From Chloroflexota bacterium (GTDB taxonomy: Bacteria; Chloroflexota; Dehalococcoidia; Lucifugimonadales; UBA3495): a stretch of DNA of 64,000 bases. Both the position numbers and the translations under genes were made by a program. This document shows, piece after piece, positions 62,618-64,000 of this stretch (position 1 is its first letter; each line of letters begins with the position of its first letter). The notes beneath the pieces are model-generated. The model was not told where the DNA came from and did no database searches. It worked only from the letters and a program-made list of their open reading frames with translations. The DNA lies in assembly GCA_027623815.1 (NCBI GenBank), contig JAQBUV010000004.1, forward strand, positions 12,164-76,163. The letters run 5' to 3'.

Positions 62618-63925
62618 ATGGACTCAATCATCCGACGAAACTTCCTCAACCCCAAGAATTTAATCGCCGGTTCTGGTTTTGCCGCCTTTCACTCCCCGGA
62701 ATACCGGCTGTTCTGGGTGGCGGCGGCTTTCTCCAACATTGGCATGTGGGCGCTGGTCTACGGCCGACTGTGGCTGATGCACTCACTGACCGACTCGCCG
62801 TTAATGGTGGGGCTGGTAAACACCGCTACTCTGGGTCCGGTGCTGCTATTCTCAATTTGGGGCGGGGCGATCGCCGACCGGGTGAACCGGTTGAAGCTGG
62901 TACAGGCAACTAGAGGCATGTTCGCCTTCCTGGCGCTGCTGACCGGGATTCTAATCGCCACTGGCGTGGTCCAGGCCTGGCACGTCATCGTGATCTCGGT
63001 GGCTACCGGCATCCTGCTGGCCTTCGACATCCCATCGCGCGGGGCCATGCTGCCCGCCCTGCTGCCCAAAGAACATCTGGCCAGCGGGGTAGCCCTTTAC
63101 TCCATCGTGTTCGGCGGGGCGTCAATTGTCGGCCCGGCTTTCTTCGCGCCCCTGGTTGGGCTCTGGGGAATCGAGGGCGTATTCTTCCTGATTGGCGGAT
63201 CATACGTCTTGACGGTGCTTGTCCTGATGTTCATGCAGTCGTCGCTCCATCAGCAGCAAGCCCGGTCGGCCAGCCTGGCGCGGGGCGTGGTTGAGGGTTT
63301 CAAGTACGTGAGTCGGAGTCGGCCACTGATGGGCACCATCCTTTTGGGAGTGTGCATTGGGCTGTTTGGCACGTCTTACGAAGCCTTGCTGCCCGCCTTT
63401 TCCGACGATGTACTGCTGGGTGGTATCAACACCTACAGCCGCCTACTGCTGTTTGAGGGAATCGGCGGCTTGACGGCGACCCTGGCCATCGCGGTGCTGG
63501 GTACCCAGATTGATCCGGTCCGGTTTATGTTCGTTGGCGGCATTGGATTTGGACTGGGGATGCTGGTCTTGGGTGGAATTTCGTGGCTTTGGGTAGCGGT
63601 GGTCGTTATGGCTTTGTTGGGCGGATTTCGGGTAGTCTTTGGCACTTTGAGCACCACCCTGATGCAGACTCTATCGGCTGATGAGTTCCGAGGCCGGGTC
63701 ATGAGCCTGCATCAATTCACCTGGGGCGCAACGGCGCTGGGCAGCTTGATGATGGGCGCCTTCGCCGAGGGGATTGGTATTCCCGTGACCATTGCCCTGG
63801 GCGGTGGTGTTGTGGTGGTGAGCGCCCTGTCGGTGGCAATGTGGATGTTTCGGAGCAGGCCTGAATTGGTTTTGGATACAGCTGCTTCCGATCAGTCCAG
63901 TCCCCCGACGAGTCCACTTAGGTGA
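62618..63925 (+). CDS. MFS transporter
   Basis: 435 aa, about 12 predicted TM segments. GGAIADRVNR loop motif typical of MFS_1/ENTS-like transporters. Confidence 0.85.
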   Translation: MDSIIRRNFLNPKNLIAGSGFAAFHSPEYRLFWVAAAFSNIGMWALVYGRLWLMHSLTDSPLMVGLVNTATLGPVLLFSIWGGAIADRVNRLKLVQATRGMFAFLALLTGILIATGVVQAWHVIVISVATGILLAFDIPSRGAMLPALLPKEHLASGVALYSIVFGGASIVGPAFFAPLVGLWGIEGVFFLIGGSYVLTVLVLMFMQSSLHQQQARSASLARGVVEGFKYVSRSRPLMGTILLGVCIGLFGTSYEALLPAFSDDVLLGGINTYSRLLLFEGIGGLTATLAIAVLGTQIDPVRFMFVGGIGFGLGMLVLGGISWLWVAVVVMALLGGFRVVFGTLSTTLMQTLSADEFRGRVMSLHQFTWGATALGSLMMGAFAEGIGIPVTIALGGGVVVVSALSVAMWMFRSRPELVLDTAASDQSSPPTSPLR

Positions 63926-64000
63926 GGGTGCCGGGACGTTTTGATGACGATAATAGGTTATGTAAACTAACCGCCACGGGCCCTATAGAGGTGCGGGATG

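Overview
64-kb chromosomal window, mid/high-50s %GC by eye, densely coding on both strands. I call about 68 protein genes and one tRNA-Leu(CAA). I found no rRNA, CRISPR array, intact IS/transposase or prophage. The gene content fits a Chloroflexota-like bacterium: LL-DAP aminotransferase next to dapF, archaeal-type apgM, an MqnA/MqnD-family gene, an F420-type LLM oxidoreductase and a short YidC with a basic tail. That taxon call is inference only.

Core blocks:
- a peptide-type ABC importer at the 5' edge;
- rpmH-rnpA-yidD-(beta-propeller)-yidC-jag (rpmH is too short for the ORF track and was found by eye);
- purF-purM-purH on the + strand;
- a long - strand operon, guaA-purD-(2 unknowns)-purE-(HAD)-purB-purC-(DUF3105)-purS;
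- smpB-ctp, minCDE, pgk-apgM-tpiA and miaA-dapF-dapL-hflX.

I see no recognisable multi-gene novel system (defence island, secretion or BGC-type cluster). The points most worth a second look are:
1. A small glutaredoxin-like ORF, invisible in the ORF track, with TGA exactly at the active-site Cys position and a hairpin downstream. It is either a candidate selenoprotein or a fresh pseudogene.
2. A 737-aa membrane-anchored protein with five Ig-like repeats, seven 18-residue two-Cys repeats and a poly-acidic, N/G-rich tail.
3. At least three families of short non-coding repeats: a 97-bp TIR element flanked by TTAG, a 133-bp element with perfect 18-bp TIRs and a 9-bp target duplication, and a three-hairpin G/C-rich element.
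4. A decay scar next to tRNA-Leu: an integrase C-terminal remnant split by a MITE, a half P-type ATPase, and a Usp gene with an in-frame TAG.
5. Two genes (hflX and a polyprenyl-synthase-like gene) whose conserved N-termini start before any ATG/GTG/TTG. Both show the same GAGGTTAG-N3-AT(A/T) geometry, which suggests AUA/AUU initiation.
6. Unknown genes embedded in the purine operon, and a low-GC orphan with a degenerate PLD-like motif.

All function calls rest on motifs I recognise in the translations. No database search was possible.
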